64,000 bases of DNA, taken from assembly GCA_976226885.1 (NCBI GenBank), contig OZ320314.1, forward strand, positions 30,938,001 through 31,002,000, read 5' to 3'. The position numbers were made by a program, and so were the translations under genes. The notes below the pieces were generated by a model, which saw nothing but the letters and a program-made list of their open reading frames with translations, ran no database searches and was not told where the DNA came from. The DNA is from Iphione sp. A-MEVVRFRX5 (Eukaryota). Shown here in pieces: positions 38,389 through 51,600 of the stretch (position 1 is the first letter of the stretch; each line of letters starts with the position of its first letter).

Positions 38389-39620
38389 GCGAGCCCACAC
38401 ATACACATAGTAAGATCGACATGGGTGTGTTCGTGAGTGTCTTCGAAATGGGTTAAACCACGATTGTGATCAATGATACACGCATTGCCTGAACCAACAT
38501 CCCGGCCGGGGGGAAAAACAGACTCCAATAACTACGAGGGTCTTATTGATGTCACATTATTTCCTGATTCTCTCCCCGGACAGATCAATGCGAATCTCCA
38601 CAGGTGAATGTGGATCAAATGGAGGTTAAAAGCGACCAACAGAAATGAATAAATGCACGCCACTCGCAAACTGAGAGTGGCGTTGGCCAATGGACCTATT
38701 ACGCCGTGGGGCTGATGGACCCTTTCCACTGTATCTTTTCATAAATCTTATAAAAAATGTATCTACACAATGTACTCATGCACCTGACGACTTGGGCGAT
38801 ATATGGATTCTCTGTATTGTGTGTATTTCATGGTAACATAGCCGGTATATGTTTCATGTACTTGATGCATACATGTAATTGAACTTTCTGTTTGAAAACG
38901 AGCGCATTCATTACTACAGTAGCGGATCTTGTTTTGATAATAGTTTGGGGCCATAATAAATGATCTTTACAGTTTCAGCATTTTTTTTCAAGCTAGGATG
39001 AAAAAATAAGTAATATTCTTGAACAAATATATGCGGGCATGCTGCAATTGAGGTTACCCGAACGAAAATTCAAATGTAATCAACCCGAGAGAACACATAC
39101 AGAGATTAAACGTAGACAGAACAGTTGCCTACCTGCAGTACAACAGTTCATTAAGGAGCTACCTGTTAGTAAACTACAGTTAGGGGCTGGTCGCCAGCAC
39201 CGCGCCCAACCGTCCTCTTACACCCGCCGTGGTAGGTGGACCAGCCCGCCGGGCGCCCCCGGTATTGATGGCTTGGCCCGAGGCTCAGCCAGGCAGGGCA
39301 GCTATTGTTCATCGTCACCACGTCTGACAATAATTTGCTGGACGCGCCTTTCTCTGCCGAGCGCTGTTGACCACGCTCACAGCCTGCGACATTGAGGCGA
39401 GTTGGGTGATGGAGGGAGGAGGGGTTTAAATGCTTAACACCCCATTCTCTTGGCAGATGGAGAGTTGGCAGGAAAGACTGGGGGTTCGGGGGGGGGGGTC
39501 AGGGCAGTAAGTAGGATCGGGGCTGCGTTTGGTTGTGGCTGGGTTCCGGTGTAGTTGAATGCACTGAACGGGCGTCCCGCGCTCATTGCAGCGTCATGTA
39601 ATCGGGATCGTCAATACGGC

Positions 39621-39636
39621 GGCGCCCTCTGTTGGC
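39621..39636 (-). promoter_or_regulatory. CTCF-like motif in a CpG-rich patch
   Basis: The reverse complement is GCCAACAGAGGGCGCC. Motif match only. Confidence 0.45.
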
Positions 39637-42347
39637 TTTATATCGCCGGTGCCCGCCGCGAATTTGTCCGTTGGCAACAAGGAGACTCACGCACCGCCCG
39701 CCATTGATACGAGGAGCGCGTTTGAAAGCATAAGAGGGCATTGGTACATAACAAACGATGAACCAACGGCGCAAGCACAAACCACCACATCATCGAAGAT
39801 GTAGAGAAGGTACGAAGTTTGGAATAAGCATATAGGCTTTGTATATAAAAGAAGTGTACAACAAACCCGAATAATGAACATGAAGATGATAGGTTTAGGG
39901 TGATACGGAAAGTAACCATGACAGGATAAAACCTTGTATGGCCGTTATTTTCAAGACAATAATGACATAGCCCGTTACAAAATATTACAGAATACGTGAA
40001 TATTGGACAAAACACTCGAGCTTCCAGCTGTATACTTCTAAAGAATGAATGCAATCACGGCTGAGAAATACCGTGTAATTTGTATTTGAGACTGACCAAG
40101 TCCACCAACAATTCTTTCCTGTATGTCCTTTATACATCATCTTTTTAAATTAATTCTGCGGATCGACTGCATTCTAGAACACAACTTATGGCAGCACCAA
40201 ACAGATTCTTCAGGGTTAAAGGAACCGAGTTCGACCATGCGATATAAATTGTGCCCCTGCTATATTCCATATTTGCAGCTTCTTCATGCAGTTATTTTAT
40301 CCATTTTAAAGGACAAAAACATTTAATTGTAAGTTAAAAGCAGAAAAATCATGTGTGACCACAAAATACTTAACCTACTCATATCTTTAATGCCTTATGA
40401 TACGACATTAAGAACTTCCAAAAGAGTATTACTTTTCGTGGAAAGACAGTTCGTGTCTATAAATCCTCACCTACAAAATGCCATTCTTCTGAATGTAAAT
40501 GTATATGTCTGCTAGTCATATTACATATACATTTGCGCGCTTCCTCCACATCCGAGTCGGTATACACTTACAAGTTACTAGACAGCTGCCTTCGGTGTTG
40601 ATTCTAATTGTGATTGATGAATCATGTGCTGAAGTGCAATACTTGGGAGATACACACGGCTATCACCGGTCATAAATAAGCAAGAATTGTACTCACCGAC
40701 CATGATGACTATGCTTAAATACCGGGTCAGCCTTAATGCAGGAAGAATCCCAACCTCCTCGACCCGACCTTAGAGTGCAAGTACAGCGTGTGGGGGAGGG
40801 GACGTGGAGAGACGCTAGAGCAGTACTAATCGCTCCCCCGACTTGTAATGTACATCCCTCATACCATATTTGATGTCACTTGTGACGTCATCAATACGAG
40901 GTGGCGTGCCCCAGTATCATGTGCGATGGGGGAGCGGGACTGGATTTTCTAGCCGCCCGCATCACGTGTCTCCAATGTGCAGGCGCATGGCGCCTTCGAT
41001 GGGCTTGTTCGTGACGTAACGGCGACGTATTAGTATGCATGCTTTCCTGGGGGGCCACACGAGTGGTCAGAGCCCATCGAAGGTGCCATGGACGAAAAGG
41101 GTGGAGGGGGGGGGTAATCCATGTGCTCGACGATAGGTTCCTTTATGTAAGCAAGCCTGCCGCATTGAGTGATCTATGTTGAGATTATGGTAACAATAGT
41201 CGGGAGTATACTTGACAAGCGTGAGGCTGTGAGCGATAAAAGCGTTTGCAAAATCAATAACGGAAAATAATACCGAAGACTGACTCGGAGGCAAGGCAGC
41301 CGATTTTGCACATGAATCTTATTACGCCTTTCTTTCGTGCTGACGCATTTCAAGTGGGGAATAATCCAAATGCCTAAAGAAATTGACGATGAATGTAAAT
41401 ACACAGTGCTTTCAACAATTCACTATCACTTGGCTTTGTACCGCCAACAAGTCTAACAGAATTGTACTCTATGCTAAGTCAAGAGCTCAGCGTAACCAAA
41501 TTACTTGTACATTTACAATTTTCACAAGCAAGTCCAATCATATAAGACTTCACGCATATCCGGCCTGTCACTTGCCAGACGGTTATCAATTATGCCAGCA
41601 ATGTCAGTTAACAGTAGCTGAACTTCTTTCACGACGGCCTAGTATCGATATAGATAAGAATTAGCCCTGCCATCTCGCGCGTAGAAGCCCTCTTGGGTCC
41701 CTCTTCCGTTAGGCCTAGCTGCTACCTAATATAGTTAGACGTGACTGCCTTTAATTGCCTTTCTCTCTTACCCATATAGCTACCTAGGTACGTAAACTGT
41801 TTGCATCTTCACTCTATACACTATCGTCTATAGCTTCCGTATATCCCCTCTCTTGTCCCGATCTAGATGGGGAAGATCTGAACTAGACGTACACGTCCTC
41901 ACGGCTATCTGAAAAAGAAAATCGCGGGGTCTGTGTTCCCCGTATATCGTCATCGGCGACAAAGCACACAAGCAAAAACTGATGAAAGGATGTGTCAAAT
42001 ATCAAAAGCAACTCATGAAATGACAGTTAGCTATGCAGAGGGACCTGTGCTCGAGAGAAATGTCGGGTACATGCAAATGGACGCCGGACAATGTATTTAC
42101 GTGAATATATATTATATGCATATATATTCTATTGATAATCAAAAACAAGGCGGGCTGGAATAAATACATTCAGGTCTAACAGCGAGTGACGGTTGATATG
42201 GAAAACAGGCGTCAAAATCATACTTTGTTACCTTTCCATAGTGAGCATGTTAGCATATAAACAGAATATATACTCATATAAATGTATTGTTTATGTATTT
42301 TTTTAAAACTTTTTTACACTGAATGTTACGGGTTATATAACACACAC

Positions 42348-42368
42348 ATATATATATATATATATATA
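42348..42368. repeat. (AT)n microsatellite
   Basis: Directly visible, preceded by a short (CA)n run. Confidence 0.9.
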
Positions 42369-45300
42369 TTGCAAAGATATATCCTCGAATGACTGAGATG
42401 GAATATTTAAAGACCTTCATGATCTGAGCAAAACAACCAGCATACCCGTCTCCTGCTAATGACACTAGACAGAGCTTATTATTAAATGCTCATTCAGGCT
42501 TTATTTTCTCCACTACTACTCGAAATCTGTGTCTTCAAACAGAGAACTCTCACGAATTCTGTCCGAGAATTGCTGGCATTCTGAATCAATTCCTCACCAA
42601 TGGGGGCCACTTTTTTCGGTGTAAATATATGCTCCTGCAATACCTCTTTCTTTCTTGGCTTGGGATATAAATAACAGGCTAATGGGATTTATGGGAAGAA
42701 TCTTGTCCTTTTCACTGTGATATCTTTGTTACAGCTCGTTTCCGCCGTGCGTTGAAGAAGAATAATGACGCCATATTGCATATAAATATATACAGTAAGA
42801 CGATTTCTCTCTGACACGATGGGAGCCACTGCATGGCAAGAAACATGATTATGAATTATTCGCCATTTCTGCTGACGGTGACGGTACCAGTATATATTCT
42901 TTTTATAGCGGAAGCCATCGGACGTCGATGGACTTTCTCATGCTTAAGACTCTGGAAGTGTCAGATGCTCAGCAAAACGGCAAACTGGCCTGATTTATAC
43001 GTGTAAGACGTGGGGCTGTTTGAAAATCTCCACAAACCATGAGTAATGGGATCTCGAGAAAAAAAAAGAGACCAGCGGTGCGCCGAAGCGTAAACAATGA
43101 CGATCATTCACAGGGCACGTATATCTACACGAGGAGCAGCAGAAGTCGGGATGGAAGGGATGGCGGGGGTGGGGGGGCGAGCATGTCGTTCGCCAAATGC
43201 AGGCATTCAAGATGGAAAATGGTGCGCTTATCTGCCCACTCGTGGGGTGTAAGGAGACGGCAGGTTCCGCGCGTCAGAACAAGGCGTCAATCAGCGCATC
43301 GAGGACGCGAAGGCCCGACTGCCTTAACCAAAGGAGAGAACGAAATACTATCGCTTAAAGCTATTCCGAGTCTCATATAGTACATTCTGATTAGAAGACA
43401 TGCATATATTTAGATACATACACATACATATAATATTCATACGTGTGCAATGTATAATGTATATCTATATTTGATATGATTTACACTCAAAAACAGTCTT
43501 GTGATAATACGTATCTGGCAATTGGCAACAAAGTGCGGTATGTCTGCCTAGGCACACTGGTTGCCCTTGTGGGCCAGACACTGTGTGGATAATAAGATTT
43601 TTGCCCGATGGTGGTGATATGAGGAAGCTAGGTAGCGGGCCGTGTGGATCATCGGCAAGAACTCACTGGTAGACCACAGTCTTCCAATTTGGCCCCCGAG
43701 ATCACGGGAGCTTTGATCCCTTCTCACTCTCTAGCGTGGCAAGTGGATTTCTCAGACAGACAGTCTGGCCTCTGGGCGAAAATGGACTCTCAAAGCTAGC
43801 CTGGGCTTTCTATACGGCGATACAGAAAATGTTGTGGCCACTTTATTGCCTGTTCTGTATGGCATTGTTCCCCAAACGGAGGCGCCCGCATAACGACTGC
43901 TGTTGTAACTCGAAGTAATAAACTGTCCCATATCTGTACGTTATTAAAACTTAATTCGATTCAGAGATTCTTTTTTTCTAAATACCAAACCATCCAGTTA
44001 TCAGTTTTGTATGCCATATATTGCAATCTCCGAGGGGGCTTTTCTCCTGCGATGCCATAAAGATAGATCTCCATAAACATCACGATTTTCCTCGTGATTA
44101 CTGTAACGAAATCCATTTGACCTTTTGAGCTAAGAGCGGCAGACACATTGTTAGAATCTAATGCTGCTTCCTATACAATGCTTTCCAGAACGCAACGCTA
44201 TACGACAGAAATATTTGGCCTAATGTTAGTAATAAAATCAAGAAATGTACATGCATGATGGGAAAAGGTATCGAGACGGCTTAGGGCATTCTTTGCTCAG
44301 CTGGAGTGAACTTACGCTCATTCATGGGATTAAGTCCGAAGGGGACAATATCCGTTCGGTAAATCTGAACCCGTACACGGGTAAGGACACGTCGTGAGTG
44401 GAAGTTATCGACCTAGCCTGTGAAGCTCTCCATGAGGCAGGATCTCCATTTATGACCCTCACTGCTATTTGAAGTCGTTTACATGGTCACTTCGGTCACA
44501 TATTTTTAGGCGAAATCTTACAAGTATCATTTTGAATAAATATTTCTAGGTAAAGAATAACAGATGCATCGTATACTACCACCTTTTTCACAAACATGTA
44601 TCATGCTGAACGTTTCAAAGATACTGCTCAGGTTTCTTATCTTCAAGATACTATATTTATGCGGAAAACCCATCGAGACCGAACGTATTGCCGTACATTT
44701 GGCAAATAACTCAAGATGAGGAATAGGAGATACAGGTAAGAACCAGAAAAAGAGTACAGTTTTGAAGACGGAAGCGAGTGAACCAATATAAATTTTAATA
44801 AAAAAAAAGGGGGGGGGAGAAAGGAAAACGAGACCGAGACGGAAATAAAAGAGGTGGGGATCTTTAAGCAAAGATGAACGAATCTTTCTACACTGCACTG
44901 TACCTGGTTCGCCCATAAACTCCTCCATCAATTGCACTACCGTATGTTCAGGGAGGAACTGTTCCCTATCCACAGCTCAGCACCTCCCCTAAAACCATCC
45001 ACCCGCCCATCTGCACACTCCACCAACCCTTCCCCTCGCCATCCAGCACCTGCTTCAGCCTCCTCCAGTGTGGGAGGCAGGCAGGTGGTGGGGGCGACAG
45101 GACCGGGCCACCTGCGGCCTCTCGCAGGGCTGTAAAGTGAGTAAACTGGCCAGCAGGGATACTCACGACCCTCGTACACCTACTCTGTAGATACGGACAT
45201 GAGCCACACAAGTGCACGTTCACAGACTCAGAGACCAATACACTCACACGTCCACCCTGGTTCGTGCCTGCACAGTGTACAATCACAGACGACGATAGCA

Positions 45301-48300
45301 TGATATAGTAAGATCCAGTCACACACACACACGGAGGGCCCCGAAGCATAAACACCAAGTCAGGTTGGGTATAAAAGCAAATGGAGACATTCACGCAGGG
45401 CCCCACCTACGTAAGGCCCAGACACCATTGTTTCTCGAAGCCGAGGTATTTGGCTAGACTTAAGTACATTCCATTACCTCTGGGGCACATTTGGACTTGG
45501 CAGGCGATTTGTGTAATAAACGAAATCCCAAACATATAGCTATTTAATTAGCCTTCGTTTGGATGATGATAATTACATTCCCCGTTCTGTCGTAATAGAG
45601 GCAACCAGTCAATTATATATTCGAAAGTATCCAGGGCACACTACATTATTGTTCTGCCAGCATCAATATTTCCGATCTACCTACTTACAATGAAGTACCC
45701 TGATGGCGGCGTCTTCAGATTTGAAAAACCGCGTTTTTATGGTTATCACACGGCACTACCTGAATGATAATAGGCCTACTATTATAAAGCAGAAAGGCAC
45801 TGCATGATATTGCCGGACGAACGGAGAGACGAAAAACAATATCCGATCCCAATGCAAAATTTATGGAATCAAAAACATGGGTAAACTTTTAGCGCTGCCT
45901 GAGCTGCCCGACAAATGGAATTGAAGGGGTCAACTGCAGTTTACCTGTCTCGAACGACACTGTTCTCTTGTTAAAGGCGCCATTTGCGCCCAACATTCAG
46001 TGACGAATGCATCGTTCTGAACCGGACGCCATCAAGACTTGTCTATGTGCACCTTTTCAAATATTTAATGCCAAATAGTAAGCTGCACAGACTAACACCA
46101 AAAGGTAGACCTATACAAAAGAGTTTTATTCAGCTGGCCCGTATGCCTAAAGAATTTTATATGAGGCCAATATATATATACACACACGTATATATCGACG
46201 AAACTATGATTTCATCGCAACCAGAACAAATCTCATGGATCTGTACTGGTAAATGTTGGCTATTTCGCGTAACCTATATTTTCACACCAACATTTCATTG
46301 CTTTGATTGCTGCTATCCTTATTTATTTTCTTGTTTGTTAGTAGAGGTAAGTCCCTCTGCGTATACATGTATATATTTCCAGCTGTATGTGTGTAGGCTT
46401 AGACGTTTACAGCCCTCCTTCCCCGACTTCCACCTGGCCAAGGTGGCGAACCCCGACGCTTTTAATCAACTTCACCCGTCACTTGGACCAACAGGTGAGT
46501 TAGCCCCACCTGTGTGGCCTCTTAACGCCCCTTTCAAATCACCTAACACGCGCAGGTGTCAGACATGCCCTCAAGTAATATCATTACAGTGTTAGTCCAT
46601 AAGCCCTCCGGGAATGCTGCTCATATGGCTAGCGACCTGATGTGGTTCACTTTACAAATAACGGGTACTGTCTCTGTAATTAAATTGCCAAGATCACATG
46701 CATGATGAGGGCGTATACAAAAACCATCATGATATATTTATGAGAAAATTACGTAAGATGAGGAAGTTCCATATCCTGAAAAACACATGGCGTAATAGGG
46801 AATGGCTATGATATCAAGACTGAGAAAAAAGGAAAGCAAAATGGAAAACAAAGAAACGAGAACGGCGTACAGAAGAAGTAGCCAAAGAATGAGGCAAGTG
46901 TTACAAGCTGACTTAGGTAGATAGAGAGAAGAACCGACTTACCAGTGAAAAGCAGTAATTGCTAATCGTTATGACAATAGTTGCCATTAGCTCAGCGCCT
47001 CCTACAAGATGAGGCAAGACCTTGGAAGGCAGTTATAGAGAAATACATCCTTAGCAATCACTAGGAAAGGCAACATAATGCTGAGAGCCCTTCTTTAGAC
47101 AGTAATAAAACATTGGCGGTGACAAAACGATAGCGCACAGCGAAACGATGACAATATGGGAGAGGCTTATTTCGGTTTGAAAGTGACCGTAGAATCTCCC
47201 TAATGAGGCAGTTGAAATTAGTACGTCGTACATGTATTAAAGACAATGACTGCGGAAGCTTTCGCTCTGGTTGCTAGCGCCGCCGAGGTCTTCTTGTTAA
47301 CGGATTCGGACGGATGAGGAGCGTGCCATAACCAACGGCAAAATCTCACACCGTGAAACGTGACATACTTTTAACAAGGAGTCTCGCTGTATCTGGTATA
47401 AGTTCTATAATGTTGGGACTTGACTGGGGTTAGTATTGAGCTCTGGGTATCTCCAAGTTGACTGATTAGAACTGTGTGGTTGATACAGAGCACCGGCCCA
47501 TTCCAGCATTCTCTCCCCTCTTATTATTTTCATTCGCCTGCCTGCAAATGGCCCTGGTAGTATTTCATCTGCTGCCAAAACCATGGCAATACGGGCGTGG
47601 AGTTTTATGGCCGAAACTTGATACTGCATCCCACGGAGGTCAACTGCCCCATCTCCTCACTTCCCCAATATACCTGAACCAAAATCAATACGTTCATTTT
47701 TTTTGTCATTCCCTCGCAAAAACGATGTAGCCCCTCAAGGTTTGTGACATGTTCATGAGTCCGCTTTGTGACACTGAAGTTGTTCACAGACCTTTAGTGT
47801 TGTCAGACGGAAGATTCCCGTTAATTCATCCGGTCTTTGCGTCCTTCCGCCTCCCGTCTTAGTTGGTTTCCACATGAGCCCATTCTCTTTTGGTCATTAC
47901 CGTTCTCAGATTCATCGTCTTAAGGATACCTCTTAAGTGCGCCTCCAAAGTTAAGTTCACTTGAAAAAGATCGACTAACACATATTGACTGCATGGTCCT
48001 GATTTTTGCCCGTATCCGCTCATGGGTTGTACACCTACAATTGCACTTCCTTTAACCTGCTATTTCTTCCCGAACACATGCTGCCCTCGGCCACTACCTT
48101 TCTCTCTTCTCAGCTGATCCCCTTTTAGTAAGCAGTTAGGAGGGAGAGGGAGAGGGGTTGGATGCTGCTGCTGCTGCCTTCCTCGCGCCAGCAAGCGCCC
48201 GTGTAGGGAGGACCCCTTCCGTCACCTACTCTCCCCTGCCGAGGACTCACCTGGTCGTCCATCCATGGGCAGCTACAACAGTGGCCAACAATGGGGGGCA

Positions 48301-48351
48301 GTGCCCAGGTTAGATACGGCGGGCTTGGAGGAGAATCAGTGGGTGGCTTAC

Positions 48352-48412
48352 CTCCGATGACAATGTTCTCCGCCGGCTGAGCGTGGTCGTACTTGTCCGT
48401 ATCATCCGCCAT
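48352..48412 (-). CDS. STOM: Probable first coding exon of the stomatin-like gene (distal promoter)
   Basis: The reverse strand reads gcgATGG CG GAT GAT...ATC GGA G|GTAAGC, translating to MADDTDKYDHAQPAENIVIG plus 1 nt. The phase-1 strong donor fits the phase-1 acceptor at 4114. It sits in the only large CpG island of the window, and I recognised no other gene between the two exons. The linkage is inferred and implies a 44,237-bp intron. Confidence 0.65.
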
Positions 48413-48536
48413 CGCAAACCTCCGTGTCCTCGGCGCTTTTACAGAGCCCGGCAGGCTGGCCAAGACTGACACGGGCGCGCCGCCAGGCAGCTCGCTCGCT
48501 GCCTCCCTCCCCCTTCCCCTCCTGCTGCCTCCGCAA

Positions 48537-48640
48537 CCACCACCACCATCGCCACCGCCGCCGCCGCCGCCGCAGCCACCATCGACAGCGACAACGCCCA
48601 GCGCCCGCCGCCGCCGCCGCCGCCGCCGCTACCGCCACCA
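48537..48640. repeat. Compound (CCA)n/(CCG)n trinucleotide repeats
   Basis: The runs caccaccaccacc, ccgccgccgccgccgcag and gccgccgccgccgccgccgccgct are directly visible. Confidence 0.92.
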
Positions 48641-51600
48641 TCGGCTCATTTGTTCTTCTTACTCTACTTCTGTTTATTCTCACATTCGCTGTCTTTATTC
48701 CGCTCCCACAACTCGTTCCTGTCTCTAACTTCCCCAGTAATCTCTTATTTATTCTCGCCGTGCGTATCGTACTCTACAAAGTTTTTTTTGTTAATTTTGT
48801 TTTCAGTTTACTCTCTTCCCTTTCTTTCCCTTTCTGCCTTTTCATAATTATCGACCACCCATAAACAGAAGAGCTTCTAATAATTCATATTCTGGAATAC
48901 TTTCATATTAGGGAGGATACAAGAAGGAAGTACAGTCAAACGTCCCAATTATGGACTCGGTTCTTCCCTAAACTGCCCGCATTTCAGACGTGGCCGCTTT
49001 AGGTATCTAAGTAGCACAGGGAGAGCATGCATTGGTAAATGGACGGAAAGTGTTGAATTTGATGAGTAAGAGTCCTAAAAATACTGAATTCGAAGAGTAA
49101 GAGTCATAAAAGTGCCAAAGTTGGCAAATGTTCTGAAAAGTTCTGAATATAGGCCTACATGTACAATGAATGTCCCTTCAACACTTTGAGCCCTGACTTC
49201 TAAGGGGGTTTCTTAGGGAGGATTGGTCTGGTCACATGTTAAACGATGAATTAGTCTACAAGGGCATATGCTAAAATTGCTGCCCTGATTAAAGACGTCA
49301 CCCCGTGGACAATGAATATCCCTCCAATATGAAAAGTACATAGATTTTGCTGTTTTTCAGCCAAATTTGAATGAACTTTGCTATGTTTTGGCTGAATTTG
49401 CATGAATTTCACTATTTTCAGGTGACAACACTTCTTCTGCAGAGGGACGTGGTATGAAAATTAGTGTTCTGATTATAGATGTCTTGTTATATAAGTTAAA
49501 TATGGGAAATGAATCCATTCTAAGCTCAGTCATCCGCATTTCAGATGTGGCCACATTAGAGATGTGTCCGCGAGGGGACATTTGACTGTCTTTGCAAAAC
49601 AAATGAAAAGAATGGTATGGACGTATTTCTATGGATGTGAAATGTAAAAAGGGATGCCTGCACGGTTTGCTGTATCAATCATAGAACAAAAACGAACGCC
49701 CCCATGAGAAAGTCATGCTTGACAATGGCCACCTTTCCGAACAGAAAAATACACAAAAATAAATTCATTAGGAGACAAAACCTACATACGCGTACACGTG
49801 TCATTTTACACATTGGACATATCCACAGCACTTCACTTGAGCTGCTATCCCCAGATATATAATGTGCAAATGGGTTGGGGACAAATACACGTACATAGTA
49901 ACAAGTACAAAGACAACTCATCCTCGGACATACCTTAGTGTTGGCAGCAGGCGGCTGTCGCTAAGCCAGCTAATCAAGCGTTTCTTTTGAAATAAACACT
50001 CCAGCTGCAAGGGACACATGTTCGCGTTCGTTACCTCCTGTCGATTCCCCGACAGGAAAACAATACAACAAATAAGAGTGGTATTTTTTCAAATCATTCG
50101 TTTAATATGCAGGCGTCCACAAGGTCAACTTATTTATGTCTAATATAGTGTTTTGAGAAGAGATTAAATCTGCTACGGAGATAACTTATATTGTTTGCTT
50201 GAAAAACGATGGGAAACGAAACGACGACAACCGAGTCTGGTTTTTCAAAACATCATCTACAGACTTACTTATGCCGAAGATAGTTCAAAGGGTTTCAAAA
50301 AGATTAAGTTTCCAAAAGCAATTAAATGAGGCCTGATCCTTTAAAGATTCAGGGTTATTTTTCTCAATGAATATGGAGCATAACTCATTTGGAGAGACTG
50401 TAGACTAAAATTCATCCAGAGTTTTGATTCTCAATGAAAACTGATACCCTGTGTTTACCTCACTCAAATACATTAATACAACGTACATAAAAAAAACTCT
50501 CATTGACCAGTGGTACTGAATCATTTAATCGTATTACTGAGTAGGATTGACGATAAAAGATAATTCAAAGTTATTTAAATGATTGAAAGCCACGTAATTT
50601 CAACTAGATCTATCCGAAGTCAAAGTTTTAAGGAATCATAGCAAATAATCATATGTAACACGATTAGGTTGAGTTTCTGTATACCTGTAAGTGCATTTTC
50701 TGTGACAGTCTATGAACATGTTTTCACAGATAAAAGGGGGAAACATAAAACGTGTATATGTATATTTTTTGTAATGAGCAGATGATGTGACAAGTGTATG
50801 GTATACATAGGTTTTGTATATTATAATGTGTAATATGAGCCATTTGCTAATAAATTTGGCTGAAAAAAGTTGATTTAGTGCAATTTGTGCCAGATATACA
50901 TGCGTTGAGCTGAAAGGAGCAGATTCTGTTTAGTTTGAGTCTGTGGTGCATATGGCTCAAGAGGAGTGAATTTTGCGCAATTTTGCCAGTTGTGCATAAA
51001 TGTGGCGAAAAAGGAGTGGATTTTGCACAATTTGTGCCCGATGTGAATAAATTAAGCCTTTATTTGTATTCCACTTTGATGTACTTATAGCCAACACATG
51101 TATATGGATCAATTTTCTGTGAAAAATAGAACCTGTTTTAATCTGAAACATCGATATGTCTTGGGACTCCTAATGTACAGGAACATGAAAGCATTCTAAT
51201 TCGCAAGCATAAGTTCCAAGAAATAGGTGAACTTCCCACAACACCGATTAAAATCACGGATATATGAAAACCAAGCCTATTGAATAAGTCCCTGGGAATA
51301 GATTAATCATTTTAGTATACATGTAATAGTAGCTTACTCCACTGAGGACAACTTAAGTTCAATGCCCATTTTGGAAGATTAAAACTGATTACTGAACTTG
51401 GCGTTGTGTAATATCATTTTGATTGAGAAGCCGGCTCTAGATGTTTCATATGGCGACAATATCCGGCTGATATGCAAAAACGTCGACAAGGGTTAGCACC
51501 GCAGTGTCCTCTCTGATATGTTATGTGGCCCTGAAAACCTACTCATGATTACAAAAACCAATCGTAGCCTATGCATACTTAATTACCGAATTTCTTGGTC

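Larger units (their letters stand above)
48120..48800 (-). promoter_or_regulatory. CpG island with probable promoter and 5' UTR of the stomatin-like gene
   Basis: There is a sharp rise in GC and CpG against the AT-rich background, with (GCC/ACC)n tracts at about 48537-48640. A purine-rich leader lies on the minus strand, and the patch surrounds the ATG at 48412. Confidence 0.7.

Noticed and set aside
44310-44325. ATG AAT GAG C|GTAAGT phase-1 candidate first exon
   Set aside because: No promoter-like context; within chance expectation for a 44-kb intron.
45984-46595. 203-aa plus-strand ORF, the longest in the track
   Set aside because: It starts at TTG, crosses low-complexity (TA)n sequence, and shows no homology or coding-like composition.
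48393-48864. Pro/Arg/Ala-rich ORFs on both strands
   Set aside because: These are by-products of the CCG/CCA repeats and GC content of the island. Only the minus-strand uORF is kept, as a regulatory possibility.
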